This document shows, one piece after another, positions 1-12,973 of a DNA stretch of 64,000 nucleotides. The notes beneath the pieces were generated by a model. It was given only the letters and a program-made list of their open reading frames with translations, was not told the origin of the DNA and did no database searches. Numbering within the stretch: position 1 is the first letter of the stretch; every line of letters starts with the position of its first letter. Where the stretch lies: contig NC_087437.1 of the NCBI RefSeq assembly GCF_036321535.1, forward strand, positions 19,222,001-19,286,000, given 5' to 3'. Origin of the DNA: Camelus dromedarius (lineage: Eukaryota). A program made the position numbers and the translations under genes.

Positions 1-934
1 AGAGACGAGAGCCACAGCCAATGTTTTGATCGTTTGCCTCCTTCTCCTTCCAATAAACACCTAACATACTTTGCCAAGCTTTCTGTGGTCGGGATTTACA
101 GATCTGTGACTCACCCAAGTGAGCCAGGGAACATGAAAAGATGTCGCTGGGGAGAAATATGCAGGGAAGGATGAGAGAGGTCAGCGCCTCCACCAAGCAG
201 GACAGACTCCCACAGCTTTTCCTAATAAACAAGTTTCCAGGGCCCTTTGAATTCTTCCGGAGAGGAGAGGAACGTTAGCATTCACATGAAGAGGAGGAAC
301 ATCCCTGACAGTGACCACGTGGGCCCGGATCCTCAGAGAGGGGGTTAAATCTCGGGCAGGAAGCAGAACCAGGGGGCAGGCTGGTACTGGAGTGGTGGTT
401 GCTGACAACCATCATTGAGCACCTGCTGTTTGCCTGTCCCATAAAGGAGGTGGATTGTCTTGTCTCACGTCATGAAGCCACTCAGTGGGGACCTGGGATC
501 ACGGCTGGGTTTGTTGGTTCCAGAGTCTGTTGTTCTGAATTGCCCTGTGTTTTGGGCAGTGTGGGTGTTTCAATGGGGCTGCAACCTATGGCCCGAGCTG
601 CTTCTTGGTACAGATCGCTGCTCCTTGTCACACACCCAAGGATGCTCACTGCTATGGAGTCCTCAGACTAGCTGCAAAGGAGTTTGGGGTAAGAGCATTT
701 TAAATAGGATTCACTCCAGGCTTGGAGCATCCTGTAAATGCCCTTTAGCCTGCAGGACAAACCCTCTGCCAACTGGGACTGTGTGTGTGTGTAAATTCCG
801 TTTCCTGTACCCACACTGTTTCCACCAGCCCCTGGAGCCCTCTGCGAGGCCATCTGAGTGCCCACCCCCTCCAGCAGCCCTCTTTGGCCCCTCTGGCCTT
901 CACTTATTTCTTGTTCTCTGAGGGCATGATGCTG

Positions 935-1165
935 ATCATAGAAAGCTGTTCTGCTTATTGTTTGCTTGCCATGTGCCTGCTCTGTGCTCAGCGTTTTATA
1001 CGCATTATCTGGGTTAGTTCTCCCAACCCTGCTCGGAGGTGAGTCCTCTGGTCTTCCTTTCTCAGATGAGGCAGGGGAAGTCCAGGGAGGTTAAGTCATT
1101 TGCTGGAGGCCACACAGCTAGGAAGCGACAGAGCCGGGATGTGAACCCCTCGTCTGTATGGCTCC
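935..1165 (-). mobile_element. MIR SINE
   Basis: Core cagatgaggcagggg...gaggttaagtcatttgctggaggccacacagctag resembles the MIR core (recalled). Confidence 0.75.
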
Positions 1166-3489
1166 ACCCAGTTAATGCCAACCTCCCAGGTGTGAGGGGC
1201 TGGCCTCTTCATCTCCTGATGTCCTGTAAAGCGGTTTTTCACTGTGCATTTGAGGCATCTTAGTGTGATCAGGCCTCAGCACGTGGCTTCTGGAAGTTCT
1301 GGCCATGCACCAGGGAGCCAGTGGTTCTGTGTATCTGTGTACATGTAGGTGAGCGCATGTGAATGGGGTTGTGTGTTTGTGTCTGGGAAAGATGGGAGAT
1401 GAGTCAGAAGGAGCTTAGGGTGCTGGGCAGGACAGATCTCCAGGCAACAAGATGGGCCAAGTGTTCCCCACATGGAACAAAGCCAGCAAGCATGGGGAGT
1501 CACAGCAGGGGTGCAGAGAGACTGGAGGCCCCGGGACGGGCGAAGCCTCTGTGAGGTAGACCCACTCCTCTGTGATATACTTGTTATGGCTGTTCAGCAA
1601 CCTGGCCCAGACTTATGTGGACCCATAGAGAAAATAGGACAAGGACCCGCCTCAATGATACAGCATGAAGAGGTACAGTAATAACTGCCGTTAGCTGAGC
1701 ACTTACTATGTGCTAAGTGCGTGACATGCGTGACACCCTGGCACAGGATACATCATGAGTGGGGAAAGTGGCCCAGAGAGGTGAAGAGGCTTGCCAAGCC
1801 CACGTAGCAGGGCGAGGAATATAGAAACATGAATCAGGATGAGGATGAGTCGGCCTTCCAGTGACTGGCGCTGAGAGCCCTCCGGGTGGTGCACCGTCAT
1901 ATGGTCTGAGGCCCAGGGAATAGGTTTTAGAGGGCCACAGACCTCCACTCCACTCCAGGGTGTTAGGGCCACTGCCAGGTCTAAGCTGGTAGAGGTGCCC
2001 AGTGCTTCTGATCAAGGAGGTCAAGGAGGGCCTGTGTTTTCCCACAACTGGCACAGAGTCCATGTCAGCAGTGTGGACAGAAGTTGGAGACCTTTGGATC
2101 TGAGTCTTGGGGATCAAGTAGAGGTCTGTCAGGGAGATATCAGCGCAGGTGCATGTTCTCCCCAAGCTTATCCTGCCTCTGAGTCATTGAGCAAGCCACC
2201 CCCATCCTCTCGCCAGTCTGATTCTTACCCACCCTTCAGGGCTGAGCTCCAAGTCCGCCTCCTCCAGGAAGCCTTTCTTGTCTGATCCAGCCACATTGAT
2301 CACACCCTCAGGGTGGTCCTGCCCCAGTCTGTGTTCAAGATAATTGTGAACCAACCTGGGCACTCTACCTGGAGGTCCTGCAAAAAAACAGGAGCCTGAA
2401 ATGGAGAGGGAAGGGAGGAGAAAAGCCATCATCATCTGCTGAAGAAGCCCAGTGTGAGGGAGCTTTCAATGGCTTCTCATTTGGAAATAAATTCTAGTCA
2501 AAGAGCTGCAACAAAGCAGGTCCTTGAAGAGTATACAGAGGTGAATATACCCAGGGTACTGTTGTTTAAGGGCCTCTCTACATATATTCTAAAATGGGCA
2601 AGCTGGCGTTTTTCTCCCCTGAAATCCCATCTATCCACTGAGGCAAAGCCATGAGGCTAGTGGTCCATGGGGGAAAGAGCAGGTGTCGCCTAAAAGATGG
2701 ATATCCCTGGGGCGGGGAAGGAGGAAATGACTAGAGGGAACCTGTTAGGGTTGAGGTTGGAAGAAGGAAAGCCTCCTCCAGGACTGGGAGGCGGGAAGAG
2801 GAAGAGGAACGGCAGGGAAGTGGTCGGACAACGACATCCAGCTTCCTCTACACCCCCAACCACCTGCCCCCACCCCAACCCCGCCAGGGAAACCCAGGAA
2901 AGGTGTGGTGTTAAGAAGATACAGAAAATCGGAGGGTATTTGATTTCAGGGCTGATTCCTAGGTCCCGTGGAGGTAGACTGAGGCAACCTAGATCCCTCT
3001 TAGAGAAGCACCACATCCAATGTGGCATCTCTGCCCAGAAGACAGCCAGCACCGGCCGGACAGGGAACTACGCAAACAGTGGACAGTCTCCTTTGGCTCC
3101 TCTAGAGGAATTTGGAGTTGTCCACAAGCTCCCAGTGAGAGATGTGGGAAGTTGGGAGTGGGGCAGCCAGGGCGCTGCCATGGTGAAGGTCAAGGGGATC
3201 CCAGAGGATGGGGAGGTGGAACCAGGGGCCACGTGGTTCATGGGGCTGAGACATGGGATGAGGCACTGAGGATGGGACCAGGGGCTGAGGCAGGGGAGCC
3301 CAGTGGGCACTGATCATGCTGAGGGAAAGACCATGAGTTCTCAGCCCCACGCTCCATCAGAGGAGGGCAGGAGTGGGTGGAGAGAGCAACTCCGGGCTCA
3401 TGTCTCACTTCCCTGAGGAGTCTCCCCCCACCAACTCAGTGGCCCCTGTTTCTCTCTACTCTCCTGAGAGGGGAGGTACCCTCACATTC

Positions 3490-3930
3490 TAGGATACAGT
3501 GGAGAACAACATAGACAATGTCCTGCCTCTCATGGAGCTACATCCTAGTGGGACGTACAGGAGATTGTTCAGAAAGCAGTCGATCAGTAGGGACAATATG
3601 ATGGTAAGGGCTGCGGTGGACCTTGTGATGAGTTGGTGCTGCCAGGAGTGCCTGGGGAGAGAGCCTTGTTTCCACAGGATGGTCTGGGAAGGGCTTTCTG
3701 AGGAGATGGCATTTGGACTGAAACTTCAGTGATGAAATGGCATAGCTGTGTGATGATCTGGGGGAAGGGAACTCCAGGCAATAGAACAGCAAGGGTGCAG
3801 GCTCCAGGGGTTGTAGTTTGCATTTGAAAAATTAAAGAAAACCACCACCGTGGCTAGAGCCCATCTGGGCAGGGACTGGGGTCTTGAAGAAGAGTTTGGA
3901 TTTTCTCCGAAGTGCTAGGAGAGGCAGTAG
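3490..3930 (-). mobile_element. L2 LINE fragment
   Basis: gggaagggctttctgaggagatggcatttggactgaaac...ccaggcaatagaacagcaagggtgca is typical antisense L2. Confidence 0.65.
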
Positions 3931-5739
3931 CGCACCCTCAGCAGATGGATGCATGCGCTCGTTTATGCTTTTAGGTGGCTGCCCCCGTGCATGGGACTCC
4001 CCTTGTCCGTGGTGACACTGACTCTCCTTGTTCCCTGGGCAGCCATCATGTCTCCCCAGGAGGACTGCAAGTTCTTGGAGGGGAGAACTGAACTCACCTC
4101 CTCTCACACCTGCCTGAAGCCGTCGGGAGTGAACCGGAGACAGAGATGTCAAATGTCATGAGTAAATATTCCAAGTCCTGTCTTTCCCTGCAGGGATCAG
4201 AAAATCCGTGGTCCCAGGTGGAGCGCAAAGGCACCTACTCCTGAAGTGCTGGGTCCACCGCTTCACACAGAAAACGGGCTCAGAAGAGAACACCTTGCCT
4301 GCCTCAGAGATGGTTCTCCAGGTCGGTGGGGGTTCCCCTCCACCCAGCCTCCCACACAAGCTTGGGAGCAGCCCTGGGTCTCATTAGGAGGAGGCTGTCA
4401 GATGATCTCAGCGTCCGGAGGATCACTCCTCCAATGAGATCTGATAGGTAGCAGACGTGTGTGCTGGGGGTGACCCCGTGAGCTGCTCCCCCTCTGCCCC
4501 CACCCGCCAGCCAGGGGGCTCCCCCCACCCTCGCAAGGTGCTCTCAGAACCCGGCTCTGAATACGCGAAACATGAGGCCATCCCCCTTAATCAGAGCTGA
4601 CTTGTGGGAAAATTAAACACAGAAGGACACACCAGCTCCGGGAAGGCTCCTTCCTTGCCTTCCTGGAGGCCCAGCCTGGCTACGAGCTCCATCAGGGAGA
4701 GGGGCTGACCCTGCCGTGAGCCAGAGTGCTGTGACCTCAAGGTGGCGGTTGCATCTAGATGATATGTTCATATCGACTGAAACGGGGACGGATAACAAAA
4801 GAAGAAGAAAAGTGTGAAATCTTCTCATTGGCAGTGTTCTCTCCGCCCTCCAAGTCCCCGTGACTGGATGTCATTGATGTTGAAATCTCATTAACTTTTT
4901 CCAGGTGCATTAGTGACAAATTCTCGGACTCCTTCTGAAGCCATTAGAAAGGATGCAGGTCCTGCTTAAGGCCTTTTGTAGGAGAGCCAAGGGGACCCGC
5001 TCAGAGGGGCTGTCGAGAAGCTGAGCACAGGACCAGTGGGGAGGGTTTCAGGAGGTTGAAGCCTGGGGAGGGGAGACTGAGCTAGGCCGTCACTCGACCC
5101 TGCTGTCGCTGTTTGGGTTGGAGGACAGGCCAGCAGCCTTGCCTCTTGAGCCATGTTGAACGTGCACACGGGCAGCAGGGTGCTGCAGAGTCGGGGTCAG
5201 CTTTTGCCCCCTGATTTGTCCAGAGAGCCCTTTGAAGACGGCAGTGGGCTTCCTCTCCACTTAAAAAGGCCCTTTCTCATGAGGATTTAAAGCATATGCT
5301 TGGCCAAGGCTGTCAGAATGCATCACAGGGGTGGTCCCAAACCCACCGCAGAGCACCCCCCTGTCCTGATCAAAGCAGAGATGGCAGACATCCGCTGCCC
5401 ATGGGTGCTGGAGCGGGACAGGGGCAGAGCCAGCTGGGACAATAGCCCTGTTCACCGTGCTGGGGAGTGGGAATGGCCTGGAACTGCTGACCAGTTAGGC
5501 ACCTGGATGGGCCCGTGCCCAGGGTGTCTGTGATGGGTCACCTCCTCTTGTCCAAAGCCAGACCACTGCAGCTTGGGCCAAGCCATGGAACTGACTGGCA
5601 GGGCTAGATGGTGTGAGACCAGAGAAGAGGGGCAACCCTGCAGGGCTAGGTGGGACATTAGAAAGCAGTTATGCCTGGTGCTTCTACCCCGGAGGTGGGC
5701 AGAGGACCAAAGGAGGCCCTCGGGGCCCCAAATCTGAAG

Positions 5740-6000
5740 CCAGTGCTAACTCCATAGCACCCTGTGTGAGCACCAGCCGTATGTTCAGTGCTGTCCCAGA
5801 GCTGTCACACTTGGCTTCCGGCAGTCCTCCCAACAGGCCACAGGGGTGGACGTAGTTACTAGCATTGCCTGGTTTGACAAATACCACAGTGAAGCACAGA
5901 GAGACTGAGCGCCGTGCCTGACATCACGCAGCTACCTTGTGGCAGAGTTAGGGTTTGAACCCATGGCTGTTGAGCCCAAAGTCGGGGCCTCTAATCCGTG
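5740..6000 (-). mobile_element. MIR SINE
   Basis: gaagcacagagagactgagcgccgtgcctgacatcacgcagcta...ggcagagttagggtttgaaccc. Confidence 0.6.
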
Positions 6001-6929
6001 GGTGTTCAGCAATCAAACCAGATGTGGCATCATCACAGAGAGGAGAGGTGGTGTCAGAGGTCCTGAGAGCTTAGGGTACAGGGCTCCACGGTGGGAAGCT
6101 AGCTCAGGGGACCTCCACGTGTGCAGCTCAGCAGCTGTGCAGCCAGCAAAGGTGGAAGGGGAGGAGCAAATGGGCAGGGGCCTCCTGCCGGTAGCCACCC
6201 AGGCTGGATGTGCCCAGGGATGAGTGGGGAGAGCATCCTGCACCCCCCGGCTGCTGGCTCTTCCCAGTGTCCTTGAGTCTGAGGTGTGGCCCCATCCTCT
6301 GGAAACTGCTGAGAAAAAGGTATTCACAGAGGTGAAGGGAATGGTGACTGGCTTACGGTCATTACAAAAAAGAGGCTAGTCTTGGGAGAAAACTGCAAAT
6401 ACATATGGGAGATGTTCCATCTGGGATCCTAACAGCCTTGCCTTGGGAAGACTTCAGCTGAGGAGGAAGTGCTGAGTCTAGGAGAGATGCAACTGTCCAG
6501 CTTTGTGTATTCTGCTTTTCTGGTTCCCTGTTGGGAGCCTGGGGCTCAGGTCACTAGGACGTCTCAGGCAGGGCTGTCCAGGACCCATGGGTGCAGAGCT
6601 CAGAGCCAGGACACATGGTCTTGTCCAGGCTGGAATGGGGGCTTAGCTTGGGAGTTTGTCCATGTCCCCATGTACCCTAGGCCCATAGCTGAGCTCCATC
6701 TTGGCTTCCCTGGCAGCCCTGGCTCTGTGCTTCAGTACTCCGGGCGGGTCCCTGGAACCCACCAGGAACTCTCTGGTGCTGCCTGCCCAGCCTTCTGGTC
6801 TGGCCTCCTGGGCCAGTACCTGCCAAAGGTTTCCTTTCAGCTTCCAGCTGGGCGTTGGCCTCAGAGCCAGGTGCTCCTGGATCAGTACTCCATCACTTAC
6901 TAGCTGTATTCCTAGGGCAAGGGGCTTTA

Positions 6930-7535
6930 TCTGTGGTGCTGGTAATTAAGCTCTCATCTCTCAGCTCCAAACCCACCCTGCCATACTGTTCTTGGTGCTC
7001 TGGGAGCCACAAGTCATGCTTATGCCTTGCCAGGGGCTCCCTGTTAGGCTCTGCCAAGAGGGGACACCAGAGGGAGCCCGCAGTTCTGGGGAAGGAGGAT
7101 GGGGCTTGCTCCCTGTTCCCATTAGCAGTGGCCGGACACTCCAGCATCAGCTGCTAGTTCAGTTGTCCATGTCCTCCCCAGGCCCAGACACAGGCCTCGT
7201 ATCCCCTCGGAGGTCTGGGTCCCAGCCTCACCGGCCTCTCTTTCAAGTGTCCAGGTCTTTATAACCCTGAAGTCTCACTTCTGTTCCCATAGCCCTAGGG
7301 GTTATTCCTGATACTGAGCATCTTTTCATGTGCTTATCTGCCATTCCTATAATTTCTTTGATGCGTCTTTTGAGATTATCTGCCTGTGTTTAAAAATTGG
7401 ATGGCTTTCTTGCTACTGAGTTGCAGTCCTTTCCATATCCATACTTCTGTGATACCTCCGTGTTCTCTTTCACCTTTTCAGTTCTGCAGTTCCTGGTTAA
7501 CAATGCTTCTGTGAAACTGGCTCTGTCAAAAAGAT
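6930..7535 (+). mobile_element. ERVL-class solo LTR (LTR41-like), interrupted by a short antisense L1 fragment (~7310-7455)
   Basis: Begins tgtggtgctggtaattaagctctcatctctcagctccaaacccaccc; the internal piece gagcatcttttcatgtgcttatctgccatt is L1-like. Confidence 0.55.
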
Positions 7536-8034
7536 GTTTTCCATCTCCCCATGGACACATCTGTTCGTACCTCAGAGCCTTCACCCATCTGTTGGAGATG
7601 TGACCTTACACACAGTTGGTCATGAGGAGATGCCCACGGAGGGTGTCATGGACCAGGGCCTGGTGCCCAGGAAAGACTTGGTCTGGATGCCTGATGCCTC
7701 AGCAGCCAAGAGCCCCCAGTGCAGCACCCTGAGTCTGTCTTAAGCTGAGGGAAGAAGCAGCGTGCTCTCTTGGGCTCCTGTCATCTGACAAGGAGGCAGT
7801 TTTGCCAGCCAGGCTCTCCTGCGAGAACTGACGGGATGAAAATCCCCAGCGTGTGTGACTCTCCACCTTGGAGTGGGGCAGGGGCGAAAGAAGCTCTCCT
7901 TCTTACCCAGACTGGTAGTCACGCTTAAGAAGGGCCTCAATGAGAAATCAAAAACTTCTGACCTTCAGAAGCAAAAAGTAAGTCAAAGATAAGAAGCAAA
8001 AAAGTAAGTCATAGATGGGGAGCAGTGAACTCAC

Positions 8035-8912
8035 TAATAAGTGTACAAACAACTGAAAAAAAATGGGCAAAAGATTTGAATAGATACTTCACCAAAGAAG
8101 GTTTCTGAATAGTCAGCAGGTGCATGAAAAGATGCTGGATATCGTTAGTCATAGAGAAATTCAAATTAAACCACAGCGAGCTATCACTGCACCCCCACCA
8201 GGACAGCTGAGGTTGTAAAGACTGATGATGCCAAGTGGTGTGAGGATGTGGAGAAACTGGAACCCTCCTGCTCTGCTGGTGGGCTGCAGAAAGACGCAAC
8301 CACTTTAAAAAAACAATTTGACTGTTTTTTGTAATGTTAAACAGCACTTATGAAATGACCCAGCAATCCCACCCCCAGGTATGGAAGTATGTGCCTCTAC
8401 AAAGCCTTGAATTCAAATGTTCATAGAAGCTTTGCTCACTATGCTTCTATGCTTTGGTTTATTATTTTAGGTTTAGCAAAATCCTAAGAACAACCCAAAG
8501 GTCCACCAACAGGTGAAGGAATAAGTAAATTACGACGTATTAGTGCAATGGAATACCAACTCAGTGATGAAATCAGTGAAAAACTGGTATACACAGTAAC
8601 ACGGATGAATCTCAAAATCATGCGAGGGAAAGAAATCAGACACAGAAGATTACACACTGTGTTCTCCATTTATATGAATCTCTAGAAAAGATTAATGGCA
8701 TCTCTAATGATAGAAGGCACATCAGTGGCTGCTTAGAGCCAAAGTGAAGGGATCATTGACTGGAAAGGGGCACGGAGTACTTTACAGTAAGGAGACTGTT
8801 CTATATGTTGATTATGGCAATGGTTACATGGGTGTATAAATTTGCCAAAACTCATCAACATGGATGTATTTTATTGTGACTCAACTTTGCCTTTATAAAG
8901 TTGATTTTAAAG
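8035..8912 (+). mobile_element. Old L1 (L1ME/L1MB-like) ORF2 end and 3' UTR
   Basis: aaaatgggcaaaagatttgaatagatacttcaccaaagaag...gacccagcaatcccac...ataaagttgattttaaa. Confidence 0.85.
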
Positions 8913-9004
8913 ATATCACTCAGGCATGACCTAGAGTCTTCCCAAGACCTACCTGTGGGGCAGGGACCCATCACCAGAGGGAGCCCAAAGTGGAGGCCCC
9001 TTCC

Positions 9005-9450
9005 AGTCACCCTGTGCTGGGTGCCTCTGGGCACCCCTTCCCCTCCATCCTGCCCTGCGTCCAGGAGGCTGACCAGAATGGACCACGTGGACAGCCCCTT
9101 GTCAGGTGTCTTCCCGTTAGATTCGGCCAACGCCAGGCATCAGCAGGAGATTGAAAGTGGAGGAAAGTTAGTGGGAGTATCTTTTCCTCTAGCGCATCCT
9201 GCAGGGCTGTTGTGGGCTCCCAGTGTTCCTGGGCTGTAGGTCGCAGGCCCTTCAAAGGCAGCCCTGTCTGGACCACTCTCCCTTCCAGGTTCTGGCGACC
9301 CTTCCATCATCCCACTCTTTCAGAGTCTGCACTGTCCCTGAGGTGGCCCTACACCTGTGTACAACCTTTGAATAGTCCATTAGTTAAATTCCCTTCAAAT
9401 TATCCTAATTCAAGTATGCCATCTCTTGCCTGCCAGGATCCTGACTGATG
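9005..9450 (+). mobile_element. ERVL-class solo LTR (LTR33-like)
   Basis: ccaggaggctgacc...gattcggccaacgccaggcatcagcaggagatt...ends tgccatctcttgcctgccaggatcctgactgat. Confidence 0.6.
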
Positions 9451-10601
9451 GAGCACACAATCATTTTGGTGAAACAGGAGGCTCTGACACTGGCAGGAAA
9501 TTCTGGGGAGCAGGTGGAGGTGGTGGAAACAGCCAAGGGGCCTAAATTTCCCATTAATATGTGAGCTTTCACCCCATCACCCATTGGAGTTGGCCCCCCG
9601 TCTTCTTCCAAAGCCTTGGCCCAGGCCTGGACAAATTCCTTTCTTGGTTCTCTAAAGGAGCTAATAGTTTTAAAATTAGTCAACATCAAGGCACACTAGC
9701 AGGGAAACAGGACCCAAGAGGCTTGACACAGAGCAGGTTGGAGGGCCCACGACAGCCCTGCATGTGTGCTACTCAATATGGCGGCAGTGGTTCCCAGCTG
9801 CCTCTGTGCCTTTCAAGCTGGACTGGCCATCTTTCCCATCTTGTTTTGTTTTTTTCTCTGCCAACATCATGACTGAAACACCTCTATTTCCATTTTTTAC
9901 GTATGATGAAGCTGAGGTTCACAAAATCAAGTAACTGGTCCGAGGTCATACCACTTAATAATTGGCAACTCCAGATGCGAACCCAGGTCTGAGTCTGAAT
10001 TCCAGTACCTTTGCTGCTGCCCTTCCTTACTAATCTTGGCTTGTCTGGGTGGTGCCCCCACCTGTGGAATCCAAGGACCAAAAGGATCTACTTCCTGGCT
10101 CCCCCCACAAAAATGCCTCAGTAAAGCCCAGGAGCCTCAGGCCCTCCTGAGCAGACAGGAGGGGAGGCAGCTGGCCAGGCCAGCTCTCCACCTGGCCCCC
10201 CACTGCCCCTGCTGTGCCCCGAAGTGGAATGGAGCCCAGAGAGAACTCACCTCACTGGGGAGGGCACTTGTCCTTGGCATGAGGAGCCCTTGTATGTTCT
10301 GGTTTCTTGCGGGGGTGTTGAGGACGTGTGTGCGGCGGCCCAGATCTCTGAGATGCCTCCTGAAGGATGTCCAGCAACAGTCCTGGTCCCTGGGCTCCCC
10401 TTGCAGCTGGAGGCCAAGGCTGACCTCATCTCATGGGCCTCCCTGCTGATCCCTTAAATGCCCAGTTGCATGCTCTGGAATTATTTTGGGAGTGTGAAAA
10501 AACATTATGTGGAGTTTATAGGACATTTATAAAATGATCACCCTTGGACACGGCCAGGATTTTAGAAGCCCCATGTGAACCACCTATCTTGTCCCCTAGA
10601 T

Positions 10602-10796
10602 CAGGGTGTCTCAAGAGCAGAAGTGTGGGATTTGGGCAGGGTAATTCTGTGGGGTGTGTGTATGGGGAAGGGGCATCGTAGGATGTTTAGCCGCGTCCCT
10701 GGCCAGTGGCACACTCCCCCACCCCCCACAGTGGTGGCAATCAAATACTTCTCCGGGGCGGTAGGGGCAAAAATCACCCCAGTGCAGAGCCTCTGC
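10602..10796 (+). mobile_element. MER20 (hAT-Charlie DNA transposon relic)
   Basis: cagggtgtctcaa...atttgggcagggtaattct...gcatcgtaggatgtttagc...ggggcaaaaatcaccccagtgcagagcctctg. Confidence 0.7.
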
Positions 10797-10829
10797 TATG
10801 GAGGAAGCCACCGTTCTGACTGGTGACTG

Positions 10830-11315
10830 TCACGGCTTTGATTTGTAGATTTGTAACACCCATGTGCGTGTCCTTAAAGCAACATAGTTTCATTTTGCTT
10901 GTGCCGAAACTTGGTCAAGGCGGAATCACGCACTTACTCTTGTGTCCTCATCTGTGAGATCCATCCGCGCCACCGCATGCAGTTGTTGCCTCCCGTGCGC
11001 TTTCATAGCCGTGCAGCCTTCCGGCCTGTGACCCTGCCGCGGTTGCCCACTTCTGGCTCCTACAGTCGCGGCTGGTAGTGAGCAGCGCGGCCGGGAGCGT
11101 CCTCCCGCAGCCCCCCTGGTGCCCGTCCCTGGGAGTGGAGTTTCTCCTCCGGTTGTTGGAGAAAGGGCACATCCTCTGTTTTTGAGTCGTTCTGCTGCCA
11201 TCAGCCTCCCACTGGCAGGTGCGAGTAGACCTGTTGTGCCACGTCTCTGCCAACATTTGCAATGGCCAACTGTAACATTTTTGTCAGCCAATTGATGCAC
11301 GTGTGGATTCTCTGT
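10830..11315 (-). mobile_element. Old L1 3' fragment, strongly GC/CpG-enriched
   Basis: Collinear L1 landmarks: tgtgagatccatcc, cctgggagtgga, ctcccactggcag, ccacgtctctgccaacattt, ttttgtcagccaattgatg. Confidence 0.6.
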
Positions 11316-12783
11316 CATTTCACACACCCCACTGGTCTGCACACCGTTGGGAGCCTGCCCCCCACACTCTCCTGTGTGACCCGAGCCTCCCTGTGTCCTG
11401 GCCTTTCCTGCCTGCATTGCCTCTGCCTCATTTCTGTCTCTCTTAGGCCTGGGGGCCCCCCAGAAAGAGGGGTGTGTCCTTCACCTCTGTGTCCTCTCAG
11501 TTCCCCCGGAAGTCTCTGTGTCAGGTGAATGAATGAATGAGTAATTCCAGGGGGTAGTTCTCGTGTGTGGAGACCCTGCAGACCAGTGGGGTAAAGGACA
11601 GGCCCAGGGCTCCACGGGGAAGCGGGCAGAGGCTCCTGACACCTGACCCTTAGCCCTGTCCTTTCCAGGGACACTTGGCCCCAGCTGCACTTGGGCTGAG
11701 AAAACAAAAGCAGAAGACCGCCAAGCCCTCCGCCGTGTCATCGTCCTCTGCCCGCCCGCATCCTCAGGTGCCCTTTGTCCTGAAAGCCACTTGGGGTTCC
11801 AATAAGGGAGCAGCAGCGAGCCTCACCTCAGGCACCTGCCCGGCTTCCCTGAGGTGGCTGGACTTCTGGAAGGGCTTGGTTGAGGAGGGAAGGGAATGGG
11901 CTGCTGGTGTGACTGAGGCAGTGTGAGCCGAGTTCATCTGTTTTTCTGCTGCACTTGCAGGACCGTGACAGTGATCGGATCCCCATCATAAGAGAGCATC
12001 TCCAGTAGGGTGTGGGGAGAGGCAGACAGATGGGTGTTGCGGAGACAGAAGCTGGCAAGGCCAGTTGTCTGGAATCCTGAGAGTATGGAAACCTATGGGG
12101 GGAGGCCATGGGGAAGGAGAGCCTTCCCTCAGACGGAACACTGGGGTGTCTGCCAGCGAGTGGGCCAGCCTGGCATGGTGCGGGGCGGGACGAACAGGTG
12201 GTAGTGGTAACCAGCAGGTGCACGTACTCAGTGCCCACTGTGTGCCTGGCTCCATCTCCTTTGATGCTTTGCTGGCATCATCTTCTTTGCCTATCGTAAA
12301 GATGAGCTAGGGTAAGATCTTCCCACTGTGCAGACGGGAACTCTGAAGCTCAGAGACAGAAGCAGCTTGTCCGAGGTCCCAGCTCCCGCACTCTGCAGCC
12401 AGGCTGTTGAGTGGACCTCGGAGCTCCCACTGCATCCTGCAGTCCGTGAAGGCCAGAGTCACAGCAGACCCAAGGCAGGTCAACCCCAGTGGGCAGGACC
12501 CAGAGCGGAGAATGACCTCAGCCTCCAAGGACCCAAGGACCCGCTCCAGGACCTGAGGTGGGTGAGAGAGCCAGAGAGGAGCTGGGCAGCCCTTGAGAGA
12601 GGAAGGGACCCCACTGCAGTGGGGGTGGCTGTGGACGCGGGGCTGGGGGCCTTCGGAGTTTCATCTTGATTGCTAAAGTTACTGTCCTCCATCTTTCCAG
12701 AAACCTCCCAGCCTGTGCTTTCCAAACATTTACAGTTTGAAACCCTTTCACCCAGACGACCCCTGGAAACTCTCCCAAGGGAG

Positions 12784-12973
12784 CAGAGTTGCCAAATAAG
12801 ATACAAGACATACAGGAAAATTTGAATTTCAGGTAAACATCAAGTAATTTTTTTAGTGTAAGTCTCAAGTGTTACATGGGATATACTTGTGCTAAAAGGT
12901 TATTGATTCATTATCTGAAGTTCAGATTGATCTGGGCATCCTGGATTTTCATTGGCTGAATATGGCAGCCCTA
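12784..12973. mobile_element. MER53 palindromic MITE
   Basis: Terminal inverted repeats cagagttgcca / tggcagcccta; internal arms aaatttgaatttcaggtaaac and ttatctgaagttcagatt. Confidence 0.8.

Noticed and set aside
2697..3269. 190-aa ORF
   Set aside because: No recognisable domain or exon structure; similar ORFs overlap on both strands, as expected by chance in GC-rich DNA.
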